From assembly GCA_030704615.1 (NCBI GenBank), contig CM060732.1:10850001-10914000 (forward strand): a DNA stretch of 64,000 bases. The letters run 5' to 3'. Of the stretch, positions 48,796 through 63,143 are shown one piece after another; within the stretch, counting starts at the first letter, position 1; every line of letters starts with the position of its first letter. Source of the stretch: Takakia lepidozioides. Taxonomy: Eukaryota; Plantae; Bryophyta. Below the pieces are notes generated by a model, which worked only from the letters and a program-made list of their open reading frames with translations, did not search any database and was not told where the DNA came from. Position numbers and translations under genes: made by a program.

Positions 48796-51700
48796 ATGTG
48801 GTCCAAGAAAAGAGCAAGCTCAACCTCGGCGTCTCGACGAGCTAGCACAGGCGGCATAGGCAAACCATCCAAGGGGATCAAGTCCTCTCCCTGGATGCGA
48901 GCCAGCCTCAGGAACCCAGATTTGGCCCTTGATCGGAACGAAGATGGGCCTATCATTGGACTTGGAATGCACCCAGACTTTATGATTCCGACTACTCCCC
49001 GTGCTAAAGGTATAAAGCTAGATGACCTGAGGAGCATGAACATGGGTCATCTCAATCCCAGGCTGCACCAGGACTATCTGAATCCTGATTCCCAGAGTGG
49101 AAGGCCTGATTCTAAGGCTTCAGTGTCGAAAGAGAAGGGGATACTTCCGATTCCTGATACATGGCAAAGGCCTAGTAATCTCTCACCAGCCAAACAAAGG
49201 AAAGGGCATTCCCCCAAACAGAGACTCTCCTCTGCTTCGAGGGAAGGAGGCAGCAAAGAAGCTAACTTGAGATCCGCAGGACGTAAGAGTAGAGAAGGCT
49301 TCTTCACAGAGGACCAAGGCATCGGTACTGCTCGAGGTGCATCTCCCATCTACAAGGCAGGTGGATCTATTAAATATGATCTTAGAACTTTCTTTGATTA
49401 TTGAATAGGTGCATGACAAGATGTCTGAGAATCTCGACCTGCATCTTACATATAGATATATCTTGAAAACCCAGACTTTTTGGAAGGTGAAATCTAAGGT
49501 TCAGACTGCAAGTCTAGAAGACAATGCAGCCTATACAGTCAATGACCTGCTGCAATGCATGAATGAACGGTTGGGCCAGAAAGTGGGCACGTAGTGTACA
49601 CGTGCGCGTGAGAATGTTCAAAGACAACACTAGACATCTACTTTCCATATATGTGCTAGTGAAGAGGAAAGGGACAGCACTCGAAGTTGGCCAGGGAGGA
49701 TGGACTTCAAAATAGCTTTTTGAATCATGTGCAGAGTCAACTCACTTGAGTGAGAAATCTCATGATTTAACATGATCCTTTGAAGAGTACTTCGAGATTA
49801 TATATAATCGTCTAGAAGGTAGTACTGCAACCTCTTTCAACAGGAGTAGGCCTGTGAATTACCCAGCAAACTTCTGGGTCAACTGACGCACTCCTAGTTT
49901 ACAGAAAATTTGGGAAGAGGAGGATGATGATGATGATGCCAGTTCAGCAAGCGGTGGCAGTCCTACATTCATGCTGATGAAGTCAGTATTAAACTTCGAC
50001 TCTAGTTCGCCAAAAGGGTCCAATGGTAAGAATTCATGATCTGAACCATGTTGCCATATGAGTACAAAGTGCAAGAAAAGCCTCCAGGGACATGTCAGTC
50101 CTTCTTGTTCAAGTCTTCCCAATTGATCTTTATTGTAACTGCGTCAATTCAGCAGGCTACCCCTTCATAGAAGTGGATTCATTGACAGCCACCTGGGAAA
50201 TGCCAAATGGCCAGGTGCACTTCAAAATAACCTCAAACTACGTTCAAAAAGATAGAACTTCGTAGTAACATAATTTGACTTCCTTAAAAATGGAATCGTC
50301 ATACACCCTGACCGATCAGTTTGTTCTCACCACCGGAGATCTGATGTTCTGACCTTGATGGGTCTTTGCAGATCAGCCTGACAGATCTCTGTCACCCGTG
50401 GGACTAAGGCTCCAGAATAGAGCGCGGAAGCTAAATCTTTGGTGAGCTCCTAAATGTTTCTTAATCCGATAATCTTGCAGGTCCTGAAGATTGCTTAAAT
50501 TGCATATAGTAAGATAATCTTGATAGATCTAACGTTGTGGTCTGGGTTGATTGAGCACTGAAGGTCTTAAGTTGCTCTTGTTGAAGATTTGACTGATAGT
50601 TGAACATTCTGATAGCCTTCTGATAGCTACAATCGCTTGACGACGTGCCCGCGCATATCACGTGTTTTTGTGTCGGCAAATGCTATTTTCTTTAGCAATC
50701 CATGCTTATGTGGTTTATTTCGACTGGCCAGCTACAACAAGCTACTCAGGGAGACCGCCCGGAGTACATCCTTGTAGAAGCCTGAGCTCGTACAGTGGAG
50801 CATTTGGGGTGCATGGTGAACCTACTTGGCCGTGCATGGCGATGGAATGATGCAGAGACGCCAGAAACCTGCTCTCTGATTAAAACTCTTGCAATTGCGT
50901 ACGTACAGGCATCGGCTTTGTCCCAGAAAAAAACAAAGTTCTAGAGGAAATCTGCGGGACGGCCAAAGGACCCAAGCGGACAGGAGACTGAGGAGGCATT
51001 CGACATGAATTCTTCTAGATAATGCCTGCAGTTATTTTCGAATTAACGGCTGGCAGATCATAACTGATGGCTACAGTGATACGGATTATTTTGCAGGCAT
51101 GAGAAGTTGAATCCACCTGTAGGAAGACCTGGCAAGCCTGCTGTATTGGACGGAATAGTGGCATCCGCCTCTGCTCGCACTAATTCCATCACCCCTCAGT
51201 AAGCTTCTGCTGGTTTTTCTTCTTCACCTCTGTCTTGATCAGTTCATAATTCTCCCCACGACGAGCTTCGAAATTCAGATGCCAACCTACTAAAGCAATG
51301 GTTCATCAAGTCGGATCTATTTGTTATGAATATTTTCAGTCTCCGAGTATAGTCTCCATATTGCATGCGTGCACGTCTACAATGATCTACATAAAGAGCT
51401 CAAGAGAATTTTAACCGAAAGTTTCAATAGCAACACTAGATAGGTACCAGATTTCTTGGGCATTCTGTGCAGTACAATGGGCAGAAGTAGTCTATGCACC
51501 GCTCCGATGTTGGCCATCTATAGCATTAAGGTGCCCGCCTCCCACTTTTGTTGGGCAGTATTCATCTTTGCTGCTGACATTTGGGGGATGGACATGGCTC
51601 TAAAGTGCAGATATGGAGATTCATAGGCCCATCACCACCTTCATCCGCATGCCGGCACCTGCTCCGCTTCGTCTTCCTGACAGGATTAACGCCGAGGAGC

Positions 51701-54700
51701 AGAAAAACAGACTTGAAAAGGGTGGAGGAGTAGGTAAGTTGCACTCATCGTCGGACTCTTGCATTTGCAGTGTGAGAAATCCGTGCGACGGAGAGATTTA
51801 AGGAAATAGAGAACTAGAGGGAGAACTCAAGCAGAACCTCAAACCCACGCCTTTCTGGACGGAGTGGGGTGAGAGGAGTAGCAAAATATGGAGCAGGGTA
51901 AGCTCGGGAGCAGACTGCGAGCCACTACCATCGCCTAGTTTGGGAAGAGTAAAAAGGGCAAAGAATTGGAACGACACATCATGCTTGCAACTCTTTCATG
52001 TAGCTCAATGAGTGAGAACTAGATCCAACGAACATAGGGACAGGCGACTACATGCTGCGGTGACAGACTGGCTTGTGGTGGACAGAGAGTGTGCGTAGGT
52101 CCGGGCCTACATCATAATACGTAACACCAGTTGACAATTCTGGTCATGTTTGTCAGGGGATAAAAACAAGATTTCTGATTATGGCGTGCTTGCTGTAGCC
52201 TTGAGGCGACAAAGAGATCCAGAGAAGTGTAAGGACGAAGCTAAGGCTGAACTATCCATGGGGATTCTTCATGACAATGCCCAGGTAATACGCATCTAAC
52301 TCTTTCTGGGGGTGAGACAATTTCTGAGATCATATCCAATATAGCGAGCTGGAGGGGAAATGGTCATATTCGGCTAGTTGTATGATTGCGTAGATGTGCA
52401 TCGACCCAAATACTGTAGAATCGCGGGAATCCTCTGTTTAATAAGAGCTGGCCATGAAGAAAGCCTCAGACCACAAGAATTGAGCTCGAAAAAGGCTCTA
52501 CACGATATTAACAAGTGTAGACAATTTGATCTTCTAGTAGGATACTTGACGACTGAGCTTGCTATTGAGACAGGACTTTTCCAAGGCGCTGGAGTGTTAC
52601 CAGAGGTATTTGGAGTTGTGTGTTAAGATGGGCGACATGGAAGGGAAGGCCTTGGTTTTAAACTACATGGGCTGCTCCATTCAAGAATACGAGGATTTAA
52701 GATTTGCAAGTTCCCGAGACAAGATGGGGGTTTCAGCTGGGCAAGCTGCAGAGGTAATTGAAGCAACGGTGTACAGCCAATTTCCATTGTAGCGCTGAGC
52801 TAGACATGCTTGTAATGAGATTCCGACGAAGTTCACTGGTCAGAGCGCTTCCCTACATTCCCAAATGGGACGATGGCGTTACCAAATAGGTCATTGGGGG
52901 CTGCTAAGTCTCTGGCGGAAGAGGGGAGCCACGAAGTTGCTCTCATCCCACTCAAGTATGCAGAGTGCTACATTGAAAGTGCCCAACATTAAATAATACA
53001 TAATGCTAACGGATGAGCACAGCCACAGATTAACAAGGAAAGCATGCAACACATGCAACATCCATCATACTGTTTTCTTTTAATCAACTTGACCTGTTGA
53101 TATCACCATTGATGTAAGATTAGCCTGCTTATTTGTACATTTTGATTTGTGTGCCTGAATGGACAGCACAGTATGAAAAGGCGGTGGAGTTCCATAAACG
53201 ACATGCAGAGAAAGCAGATGTGGAGGGCAAGTTTGTCGCCTACACCAACTTGGGCCTTCTATGTGCAACCCTCTCGCAATGGGCTGAAGCAGCCAAGTTT
53301 CACAAGGTAGAAAGTTCTTTCAAGCTGTAAGTTTAGGTTGACCATTGCAGCTGCTCTATTTCTTACCCATATGAGTCACTGCGATTTTTGACAAAAACAG
53401 CCATTTTCTTTCAAGAAGAGAGAGTGTTTGTGTCATTGTTATAATATGATTAAAGCTGATCTTCTTGTCTCCAGGGAGGTTATAAAGTTCCCGTGGATGT
53501 GATAAATTTCTTCTTCCTACTCAGCAAATATGACCTCATAGATAGAAAGAAATGAAATGAAATGGAATGGTACTTTATAACGTCCGCAGAAAGCTCATAG
53601 AGCTTATCGGACAAAATGGAAGAAAACATGAGAGAAAACAAAACCAGAGCCAAAAATAAAAAACTATTGCTCGAGCGATTGTCTAAGGGTGAAGGGCTCG
53701 TGCAGGTAAGCTGCCAAGCATTTCTGATCCTCATAGTGGAAGACTTCAGTGAGAGATCGGGTTCCGCGGAATAGACAGTGGAATAAAGAAATGAAATGAA
53801 ATGGTGCTTTATGACGTCCACGGAAAGCTCATAGAATAAGTGGAATAAAGAGAAAGGAATAAGTTTCATGTAGGCTGATAGTATGCATGGAAAACAACAT
53901 TGGTATGATCACACAAATGTCTGGGATGTCTAATCTGCAAGCCATGTGCAGAAAGCATTGAAATGTGCCACCTACTTGGAGAGCCCCCAAGAGCAGTTGA
54001 TTGCTGTGGGTAGCTTGGGATTCCTTTCCTTTTGTTTCGCCGCCAAAAGTTGGTTGCGGCGAAAGCTTGTATAAGCAGGTCATAGTAACTCTCAGCTTTG
54101 ATTGAACCACTCTTTCTCACACTCAACCAGGACAACTAGAATGTGTTTTGGGTTTGTTTGGATGACTGACAAGAAGCAAATCATCTCTTAGACTCTTACA
54201 ATGTTTCTCTCTTTTTTTTCTTCTTTCATTTCTTTTGGGCTGTTTTTTGGCTCTGGTTTTGTTTCCTCTCTTGATTTTTCCGTTTCGTCCCATATGCTCT
54301 TTGAGCTTTCCGCGGATGTATATAGTACCATTTCATTTCTTTCTCTGCAGACGTTATAAGTGCCATTTCATTTCATTTCTTCTCTCTCTTGGACACCTCT
54401 CCTACCCAGAGAACAGTCAAACATCCCTCTATCCTCTCTCCAGTCCGTGCCACTAAGTCACTGATAACCAACCATGGAACCTACAGGTATCTACAGATTT
54501 GTCAGCTGCTAGGAGATGTTCAGGGCCTTGCAAGGGCACACTACACCCTTGGCAACATTGCTGCCCAATTTAAAAAGTTAGTGTAATTCTTCTTCCCACC
54601 TGAAATATATGGTACCCACACTCACAATGGGCAGGTGCTCCCCTCAAGTCAATCAATCAATCAATCAACTGTTGCTACTTCACGTAACGATGGAAGTCAT

Positions 54701-55122
54701 GATATTTAGAGATCAGAACCTTGTTTTTTCTACCTTCGCAAGCTTTTGTATGCATTAAAGACTTCAATCACTTCATCTCCTAGCAATGTTTGGGATTTTT
54801 CAGCCTGCTATTTTGTTTCTCTTGTAGTTGTACTGTGTCCTGTAGCCCCTTGGTCTCTATGGAGGTAGAATTTCTTTATTCCTTTCCTTCCTCACAGGTT
54901 GCTAACACAAACATCCAAGAAATCACCTGTAGGTACAAAGAAGCTGAAGCAGAGTTTAGGGCAGCAATGATGGCAGCCAAGGCATATGGCGATAAGCAAA
55001 TAGAGACTTTTTCAAAAGTCCAGATTGGAATTTGTAGGGGCAATATTGAGTTCAACAACCGAAAGGCCTCCTTTGAAAACTTCAACCCAGACCTCGGTAT
55101 TTTCTCGAGCTTGTCATCATAG
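48796..55122 (+). CDS. Multi-exon tetratricopeptide-repeat protein (TPR exons ~52158-52284, 52574-52752, 53167-53307, 54488-54577, 54933-55122; 5' exons at ~48796, 51098 and 51613 tentative)
   Basis: EAKAELSMGILHDNAQ|DFSKALECYQRYL…ALVLNYMG|QYEKAVEFHKRH…FVAYTNLG|ARAHYTLGNIA|YKEAEAEFRAAM. Confidence 0.65.
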
Positions 55123-55690
55123 CTGACTTCAATGTCTTCCAAGTTTGAGCCAAACATGTCTCTTTGGGGTTCCACGGCAATCCCATTGACAGGAACCACA
55201 CAGATTTAATGAGAGGCTTCAGTGCCCTCACTCTAATAAGACAACTGAAAGGAAGTCAGATTATCCCAGATGACCGCAGGAGCCCCAAGAGTCGAATCTC
55301 CTGTGCTACAATCTGGACAACAGTAGCCAATGTACCGGAAATCTGGACAAGTAAATAGCTTGAACTACCAGCCCTCTCTAAGCTTCAACTTCATGGGGGG
55401 ACTCTTACCTCATCAAGCTTTTGATCTTGAGTCACAACAGTTTTTGGCCTATTTGATACAGATCAGGACACACTTCCCCACGATTAAGAACTGGAGGAAA
55501 TGTCAACTGAAGCTAAATCATTTTACTTTCACTACATGTTTGGGAGCACCCAAAACCTAGTGTCAACACCCTAGAACTGCATGGAAAGTGGCTCATCCTT
55601 TCATGCACTACAGTTGGAAAATTTGCTTCATCTTTTTTATTGGCACAAATCTAAAATCAAACATCTGATGGTTGTGTATGATTGGCAAGC

Positions 55691-57267
55691 TTATCCTCCC
55701 TCTGTAGTACTAAATACCATTTTCTTAGCATTTTGAAGTGACACGCAACACCAGAGGTCTAGCACCTCCAAATCTGTCAACTGCTTCATTGAATCTGGAA
55801 GGTCCTTTAAACTTATGCAATCACCAAGCACGAGCTTCTGAAGCCCTGTCAACTCCCCAATAGACTCTGGTAGGCTATTGATTGATTGACACTGTGAGAG
55901 GTCCAAGAGTAGTAAGTTTCTGAGCTGCCCAACAGAATGTGGGAGACTCTTCAGACTCGTACAGTTAGTGCCAGTTAGGTTCTGTAGCCTTCTCAACTCT
56001 CCAAGAGAATCCGGTAAGCCCTGAATAGAGCTGCAGTGCGCAAAGTTCAAATCACACAAGTCCCCCAACTGCCCAATAAAATGAGGTAGGCTCTTCATTC
56101 TTTGGCAATGGGCAAGGTTAAGCTTTTGTAGACCTCTCAATTCCCCAATCGACTCAGGTGCATACTCAATGGAGTGGCAATAAGAAAGGTCTAACTCAAG
56201 CAGGTCTGTCAATTGCGCAATGCAATGAGGCAAGCTAGTCAGACTTATACAATGAGCAAGATTCAGTTTCTGTAAGCTTCTCAACTGCCCAATTGTCCCT
56301 GGCACACTCTCAAGTGACAGGCAGCCCTGAAGGTTGAGCTCCTGTAGCTCTCTTAATTTTCCAATGGACTGTGGTAGGTTCTTGATACTAATACAGTTTG
56401 ATAGAGTCATCTTCAGCAACCCTCCCAGTTCCCCAATAGACTCTGGTAGATTCTCAAGGGAGTCACAATACTCGAAGATAAGCTCTTGCAAGTCCCAACT
56501 CAGATGTCCAATGGAAATTGGCAGCTTTTGATACTTATGCAATCAATAAGAGTTAGCTTTCGAAGCCCCCTCAACTCTCCAGTACAGATAGGAAGACTTT
56601 CAAGCGATTTACATTGTGAGAGGTCTAGCTCCTCGATGCCTCCCAACCCATGCCCAATGGATTCTGGGAGGCTTTTCAGACTTGTACAATTAGCAAGCTG
56701 TAGCTTCAAAAGCCCTCTCATCTCCCCAATAGACTCTGGGAGGGTCTCCATTGACTCACAGTAGCTGAGGTCTAGCTCATGCATTCTCTTCAAATGGCCA
56801 ATGGAATGAGGTAGGCTTTTCATTCTTCTACAATGAGCTAAAATTAACTTTTTAAGCTCCCTCAACTCGCCAATGGATTCAGGGAGACTGTCAAGTGATA
56901 CACAATACCAAAGGTCTAGCTCTTGAAGATCTCTCAGGTGTACTATGGATTGTGGCAGCCTCTTCAAACTTTCGCAATTAGCCAGAGTAAGCTTTTGCAG
57001 TTCGTGCAAATCCCCTACAGACTCTGGCAAGCTACCAAGTGACTCACAATACCCGAGGTCTAGCTCGTGGAGGCCCTTCAATTGTCCAACGGAATGTGGT
57101 AGCCTCTTGGCTCTCCGACAGTGAGCAAGATTCAATTTTTGGAGCCCCTTCAACTCCCCCATAGACTCTGTGAGGCTCTCCAATGATTCACACTCCCAGA
57201 GATCTAGCTCCATCATGCGCCCCTCAACTGCCCAACAGAATAAGGCAAAGTCTTCATATTTTGACAA
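55691..57267 (-). CDS. LRR-only protein of NLR-type 24-aa repeats; one frameshift at ~56520 (pseudogene or assembly error)
   Basis: ~21 repeats of LPESIGELxGLQKLNLAHCxxLxS in ORFs 56500-57267 and 55691-56542; the paralog shows the missing base (gcagActt). Confidence 0.8.
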
Positions 57268-58274
57268 TCACCAAGAGTCAGCTTTTGCAGTTTCAATCTC
57301 AAATCCACCATGGACCCTGGCATGGTGTCAAAGGTATATACAAACTAAAGTCTAGCTATCCTGAGAGGTTTTGGCTCCTGCGGTGCCACCAACTATTTCC
57401 TTGGCCACCAACAATACTCTCTACTCATGAGCAGCGGCATGATCATGGAATGAGGTACACCCTACACTCACCTAGCGGTGTCAGGGATTTGCAGGCGCTA
57501 GTGCTCTAATTGGATTTTCTCTCTATGGTGGTCTGGAGGAAGACTAGTGACGCATGAAATACAGGAAGGATGTGACTATTGAGGTGTCAAGGGCCACATA
57601 CCCCTTACACTTGACTCTTTCTGCTCTTTGACTGTTGGGGGAATAACACTTGAATTCTTATAAACGGTCAATTTCAACTATCCGTTCAACTCACTCGAAC
57701 CTCGCGTCCTAGAGACAGATCTCGTTGAAAACTTCGTGCTGTTTCTAATCTCAGACTCTATCATCTCTGGTCCGTCACTCGATCAGTTTCGAGGTTTCAG
57801 AACCCGGGAGTGGGAGCCTAGGACCTTTGCGCAACGCGGGCCATGCCCAAATGCCACACAAGCAGACCTGACGACGGCTCTATTGTAGGTCACCAAACTG
57901 CAGACTCAAGGACAAGGCTGAAGGCATTCGAATTGCTAGCCGCAGCCTCCATTCTTCTGGAAATTTCCCGGAGTGGCACGATTGGCCTGTCGTTCGCCTT
58001 TTACTTTCAGATCTTCCTCCTAAAAGTTTTGGAAACAAAGAATTTTCAGCCTGCATTCTGGGCTGTGTTCTTCTTTGGACATGTGTGATGGAAGAAAATA
58101 CAGGCAGGTAAAAGAAGGGACATGCATCATCCACCATGCAGAAAAATTGCACCCTTGTGAAGTAACGTACCAAGATCTTCCACCAATCTCACCTTCCTGC
58201 TAGATGATGCAAGTGAGAAAACTCTGGAAAGCCCCCTCTCTTGTCTCATGTCTATGCGATCTGCAGATCCCCTA

Positions 58275-58480
58275 TCACAACACTGAATCTTCCTCTACTT
58301 CTCCACTACCCTCTTCCTCCCCGCTACTACCACCACGTCAATCCCATCGACCCCTTCAACATCCAGCCATGTCACAATTTCCCCATGTAAGGTACAGGAA
58401 GCGCATGGATGACAGCAGCAGCCGCGATCATCTCTGCTGCATCCCCGACCCACGCTGCCGCCGCCAGACCCGTTCTCGCA
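58275..58480 (-). pseudogene. Degenerate duplicate of the NUFIP1 3' coding end
   Basis: Matches 63144-63340 (tctccactaccctcttcctcccc…acagcagca). Confidence 0.7.
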
Positions 58481-59329
58481 CTCTGCATGCCAACCTTAGG
58501 GGATATTTATATCCCCACCCTTCTTTTTTCCAACAAATCCAATAATGGCCCACATTTTCGCCTTCAGAGAGTCATGAACACGTGGCCGGGATGGACGACT
58601 GTGAAGTCCGGGGGGAGCCACGTCAGATGGGTGCGGCCTCTCCGCGTCTGCCACGTCAGAGATGCGAGGTCCAAGGGCGGCAGGCAGCCTCATCACTCGA
58701 GACTCTGCGCTGTACCGCCTGCTCTCTCTGCTCGCTCGCTCGCTCGCTCGATGGCGGGCCCCGGTGTGTGGAACGTGCACAGGAGCGTGCAACACTGCTG
58801 CTTCTCTTTTTTCGTGTTTCTAACTGAGATGTCTTCACTGACCTTTTCTTGATTTCTCTTTTCCTGGTTTGTGCTGGGGATCTTTGATGCTCTTTGCTTC
58901 TCCGTTCTTTCCTCGCTTCTCAGTTGAACTGACGATTCCTCTTGTTGTAATCAATTTATTGGATATTTTTGGGTTTAGTCTCTTCAAGATTTTCCATGCT
59001 CGACGGCCGCTGTGTTCGAGAAAGGGTGTTTAGATGACGAGCATCGCGAACAGACGTACTTGGCTGCTGTGAGAGGTCTTTTCCAGTTCCAAATTCTGGC
59101 AGGCTGGAGATTTGGGTCTCTAGTGATCAGCGCAGGAGAACGTGAATGAAATCGGGGTGGGGAGAGGAGGAAGTGAAGCGATCAAAAGAGAACAGGATTT
59201 CTGAGTGAGGAGATGAGGCTGAAAGATTTTGATGGAAGTGTTGTAGACAAGAGAAGTGGTTCGTGTTAGTGGAGGGAGAGTGAAGAGGTACAACAATATC
59301 GATAGGCGGGGGAGGAGGAGTGTTAGAGA

Positions 59330-61003
59330 ATGCAGTGGAAGCCAGCCCCTCTGTCGGAGGATACGGGGTTGTTAGGAAGAGCAGGACCAGGCAGGCCACA
59401 ATCATCAAAGCGGGAATGGCCGCTCCAGCTGAGCAAAATGATTTGTTTTTGCACACTTCTAGGGGCAGGGGTGTTGCTGGGACTGGTAGTAAGCCTTAAC
59501 CTGATGGGGTACATAACGACACAACAGAAGTATTTTTCAAATTTCTCAACTTCTTGTGTAGATTGTGTCCCTGCTTCCCATGTAGTAGTTGATCCTTTGC
59601 ATCATAATATGTCAGATGAAGAGCTTCTATGGCGGGCATCATGGGCACCGCGACGCCCCGGGATCCCCATCCATCGCACTCCTAAAATTGCCTTCATGTT
59701 CCTCACAATTGGACCTCTGCCCCTGGCGCCGCTCTGGGAGAGATTCTTCAAGGGCCACGAAGAATTTTTCTCCATCTACATCCATGCACTTCCCGGCTAC
59801 GAACCAGACGAATCGTCAAAATCTCTTTTTCACGGGCGCCATATCCCAAGTCAGGTGAGTTACTGAATCAGCACATCATGCTCCAATTCAACTTCTGATC
59901 TGATTAGGTCTATCACCTGGATGTTGTCGCACTTCATACCAGATATTTTCAAAGGTGTTTTAACAGTGTTAATACGGTGTTAATACGTTGTCATTTGGAC
60001 TAGGTGCTTTCTTGCTTCAGCTCATGTTGCGAAAGATTTCTGTTCTACCATTTCATCTTCCTTCCTCTCACTTGTTGGTTGCATGATCCTTCCTATCACG
60101 CCCTGTTTCTCTCTTTCTAGGGGTTAAAATTATGGTCTTGACTCCAGACATGTTTGAGCAAGTAAAATTCAGAGGAGAGATGGAGAAGAGGAGCTAGAAG
60201 GATGCCACTCAATGATGATACCGAACACTGAGGATCTGCAATCGTTGACCCTTGCTCAAAAAGTGGGAGCCAGAGTTAAAATATCTTGGATGGTAAAATT
60301 GCTGAAAGCCTGATGAGAGTGGCTCTCATTCTTGATATTCTTTTCAATGGTTGTGGCTTCTGGTGATTAATTGTAGGTGGCGGACTGGGGTGATATTACA
60401 ATGTGCGATGCCGAAAGACGGCTGCTGGCCAATGCGCTGCTGGACTACTCAAATGAGCGTTTCGTCCTTCTGTCAGAAACATGTGCACCTCTGTTCAATT
60501 TCACATTTTCCTACAACTACATCATAAAAGCACATCACAGCTTTACCGGGGTGTTTGATGACCCAGGGCCCTTTGGGCGGGGCAGATATGATCAAAACAT
60601 GTTACCTGAGGTCACTCTCGATCAGTGGCGCAAAGGCAGCCAGTGGTTTGAGGTGAACCGTAAACTGGCTCTTTACATTATTGCAGATGTCAAGTACTAT
60701 CCCAAGTTTCGGGACTTTTGCAAGCCTGTTTGCTATGTTGACGAGCATTACATCCCCACCATGCTGTATATAGAATTTGAGTCAAAATTGGCGAAGAGGA
60801 GTGTGACTTCTGTGGACTGGTCCAGGGGGGGCTCTCATCCAGCAATGTTTGGCAAGGAGGATGTATCAGATGCATTCCTTCGACGTCTTAGGGATGACCG
60901 GGGTTGCGATTATAATGGTGAACCACGGCATATCTGCTACTTGTTTGCTAGGAAATTCTCTCCAAATGCCTTGGAGAATTTACTGCAGCATTCCGCCTTT
61001 TAG
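59330..61003 (+). CDS. Core-2/I-branching beta-1,6-N-acetylglucosaminyltransferase family (DUF266/BC10-like), exons 59330-59854 and 60377-61003
   Basis: TM anchor; [81 protein letters not shown]. Confidence 0.95.
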
Positions 61004-61624
61004 GACCCTCTCTCACACCTGGGTTCTAGTGTCTGACCACAAGCTACAGTAAGGACAGATTGACCAGTATGCCACTCCTCTCTCTCTCTCTCTCCCAAAC
61101 TGGGTACAGGGTCTATGGCCAAAAGGCTACGGCAAACGTCATCTTATGAGTACATTCTCTCTCTATTGTAAACCCCCACATTCTCTTTTCACAGCATTAG
61201 GCCGTGTTAGGCAGGAACCTGCTTAGCGATATCAGGATTAATTATTTTTATTTGTGCAATCCCATAGAGTCACTGTGCTTCCTATGGATGGAATAAATTG
61301 TCTTCATCCTCTTCTTCACCTGATGTGGAAGATCCTGTATTAGAGAATTATCTCAGCCATGCCTGAACGTTAATTTTCCTATAATCTCACTACCCCTATC
61401 GTGTGATGTGCAGTTTTACTTATCTGTGCAAGATGCAGGTAAACTCCGACCTTCTACCATTGATGCTGTTGAATGGGCTGGCTCTTGCCGATTCGCCCTA
61501 GAATCAAAAGTGAACACTATTTTTTCAGCGGACCTTTTACCTGCAGGGCAGAAAGGGCAGAGAACCTCAACTGCAGATGCAGTTGCCATGAGGGACATCG
61601 TGTAATATTACCAATCCACAAATT

Positions 61625-62470
61625 TAATCTAGAAGGTCCTTCGAACTTATGCTATCAGCAAGCGCGAGCTTCTGCTGCCCTGTCAACTCCCCAACAGACT
61701 CTGGTAGGCTATTCAATTGACATCGTGTGAGGTCCAAGAGTAGTAAGTTTCTGAGCTGCCCAATGGAATGTGGCAGACTCTTCAGACTTGTACAGTTAGT
61801 GCCAATTAGGTTCTATAGTCTTCTCAACTCTCCAAGAGACTCCGGTAATCCCTGAATAGAGCTGCACTGGGCGAAGTTGAAATCGCACAGGTCCCTCAAC
61901 TGCCCAATAGAATGGGGCAGGTTCTTCATTCTTTGTCAATGGGCAAGGTTAAGCTTTTGTAGACCTCTCAATTTTCCCATCGACTCAGGTGCATGCTCAA
62001 TGGAGTGGCAATATAAAAGGTCTAATTCAGGTCTGTCAATTGCGCAATCCAATGAGGCATCGAGTGACAGGCAGCCCTGCCGGTTGAGCTCTTGTAGCTC
62101 TCTTAATTTTCCGATGGACTGGTACATTCTTGATACATACACAGTTTGATAGAGTCAACCTCAGCAACCCTCCCAGTTCCCCAAGAGACTCTGGTAGATT
62201 CCTAGTGGAGTCAAAATACTCGAAGGTAAGTAAGCTCTTGCAAGTCCCAGCTCGGATTTACAATGGAAAATGGCAGACTTCTGATACTCATGCAATCAGT
62301 AAGAGTTAGCTTTCGGAGCCCTCCGAACACTCCAATACAGATGGGAAGGCTTTCAAGTGACTTACATTGTGGGAGGTCTAGCTCCTCATGCCTCCCAACC
62401 CATGCCCAATGGATTTTTGGAGGTTTTTCAGACTTGTACAATTAGCAAGCTGTAGCTTTAAAAGCCCCAA
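61625..62470 (-). pseudogene. Degenerate duplicate of the LRR ORF
   Basis: Collinear with 55790-56712 but with deletions, frameshifts and stops. Confidence 0.85.
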
Positions 62471-63143
62471 TGAAATACAGAAAGTACAGAAAGTATGTGA
62501 CTGTTGAGGTGCAATGGCCACATAGCCCTCACCCTCGAACCTCCCTGCTCTTTGACTGTTGGGGGAACTTCTTATAATCGGTCAATTTCAATTGTCCATT
62601 CAACTCTGGCGTCCTAGAGACAGATCTCATTCAAAATTCTGTGCTGTTTCTAATCTCAGACTCTTATCATCTCTGGTCCGCTACTCGATCAGTTTCCGAG
62701 GTTTCAGAACCCAGGAGTGGGAGTCTGGGAACTTTGAACCATGCAGGCCATGCCCAATGCCACCCAAGCAGACCTGACAACACACTATGTAGATCACCAA
62801 ACCACAGACCGCATAAGGCATTGGAATTGCTAGCTGCAGCCTCCATTCTTCTGGAATTTGCCCGGAGTGGCAGTATTGGCCTTTCATTTGCCTTTTCCTT
62901 TCAGATCTTCATCCTCAAGTCTAATGAAACAAAGAATTTTTGGCCTGCATTCTGGACGTTGTTCTTCTTTGGAGATTTGATATTAACAGGCAGGTAAAAG
63001 AAGGGATGTGCATCATCCACCATGCAGAAAAAATTGCATGTGGTAAGGTCATACCAAGATCTCCAGCAATCTCACCTTCCTGCTAGATGATCCAAGTGAG
63101 AAAACTCAGCAGCCTCTCGTCTATGCGATCTGCAAATCCCCTA

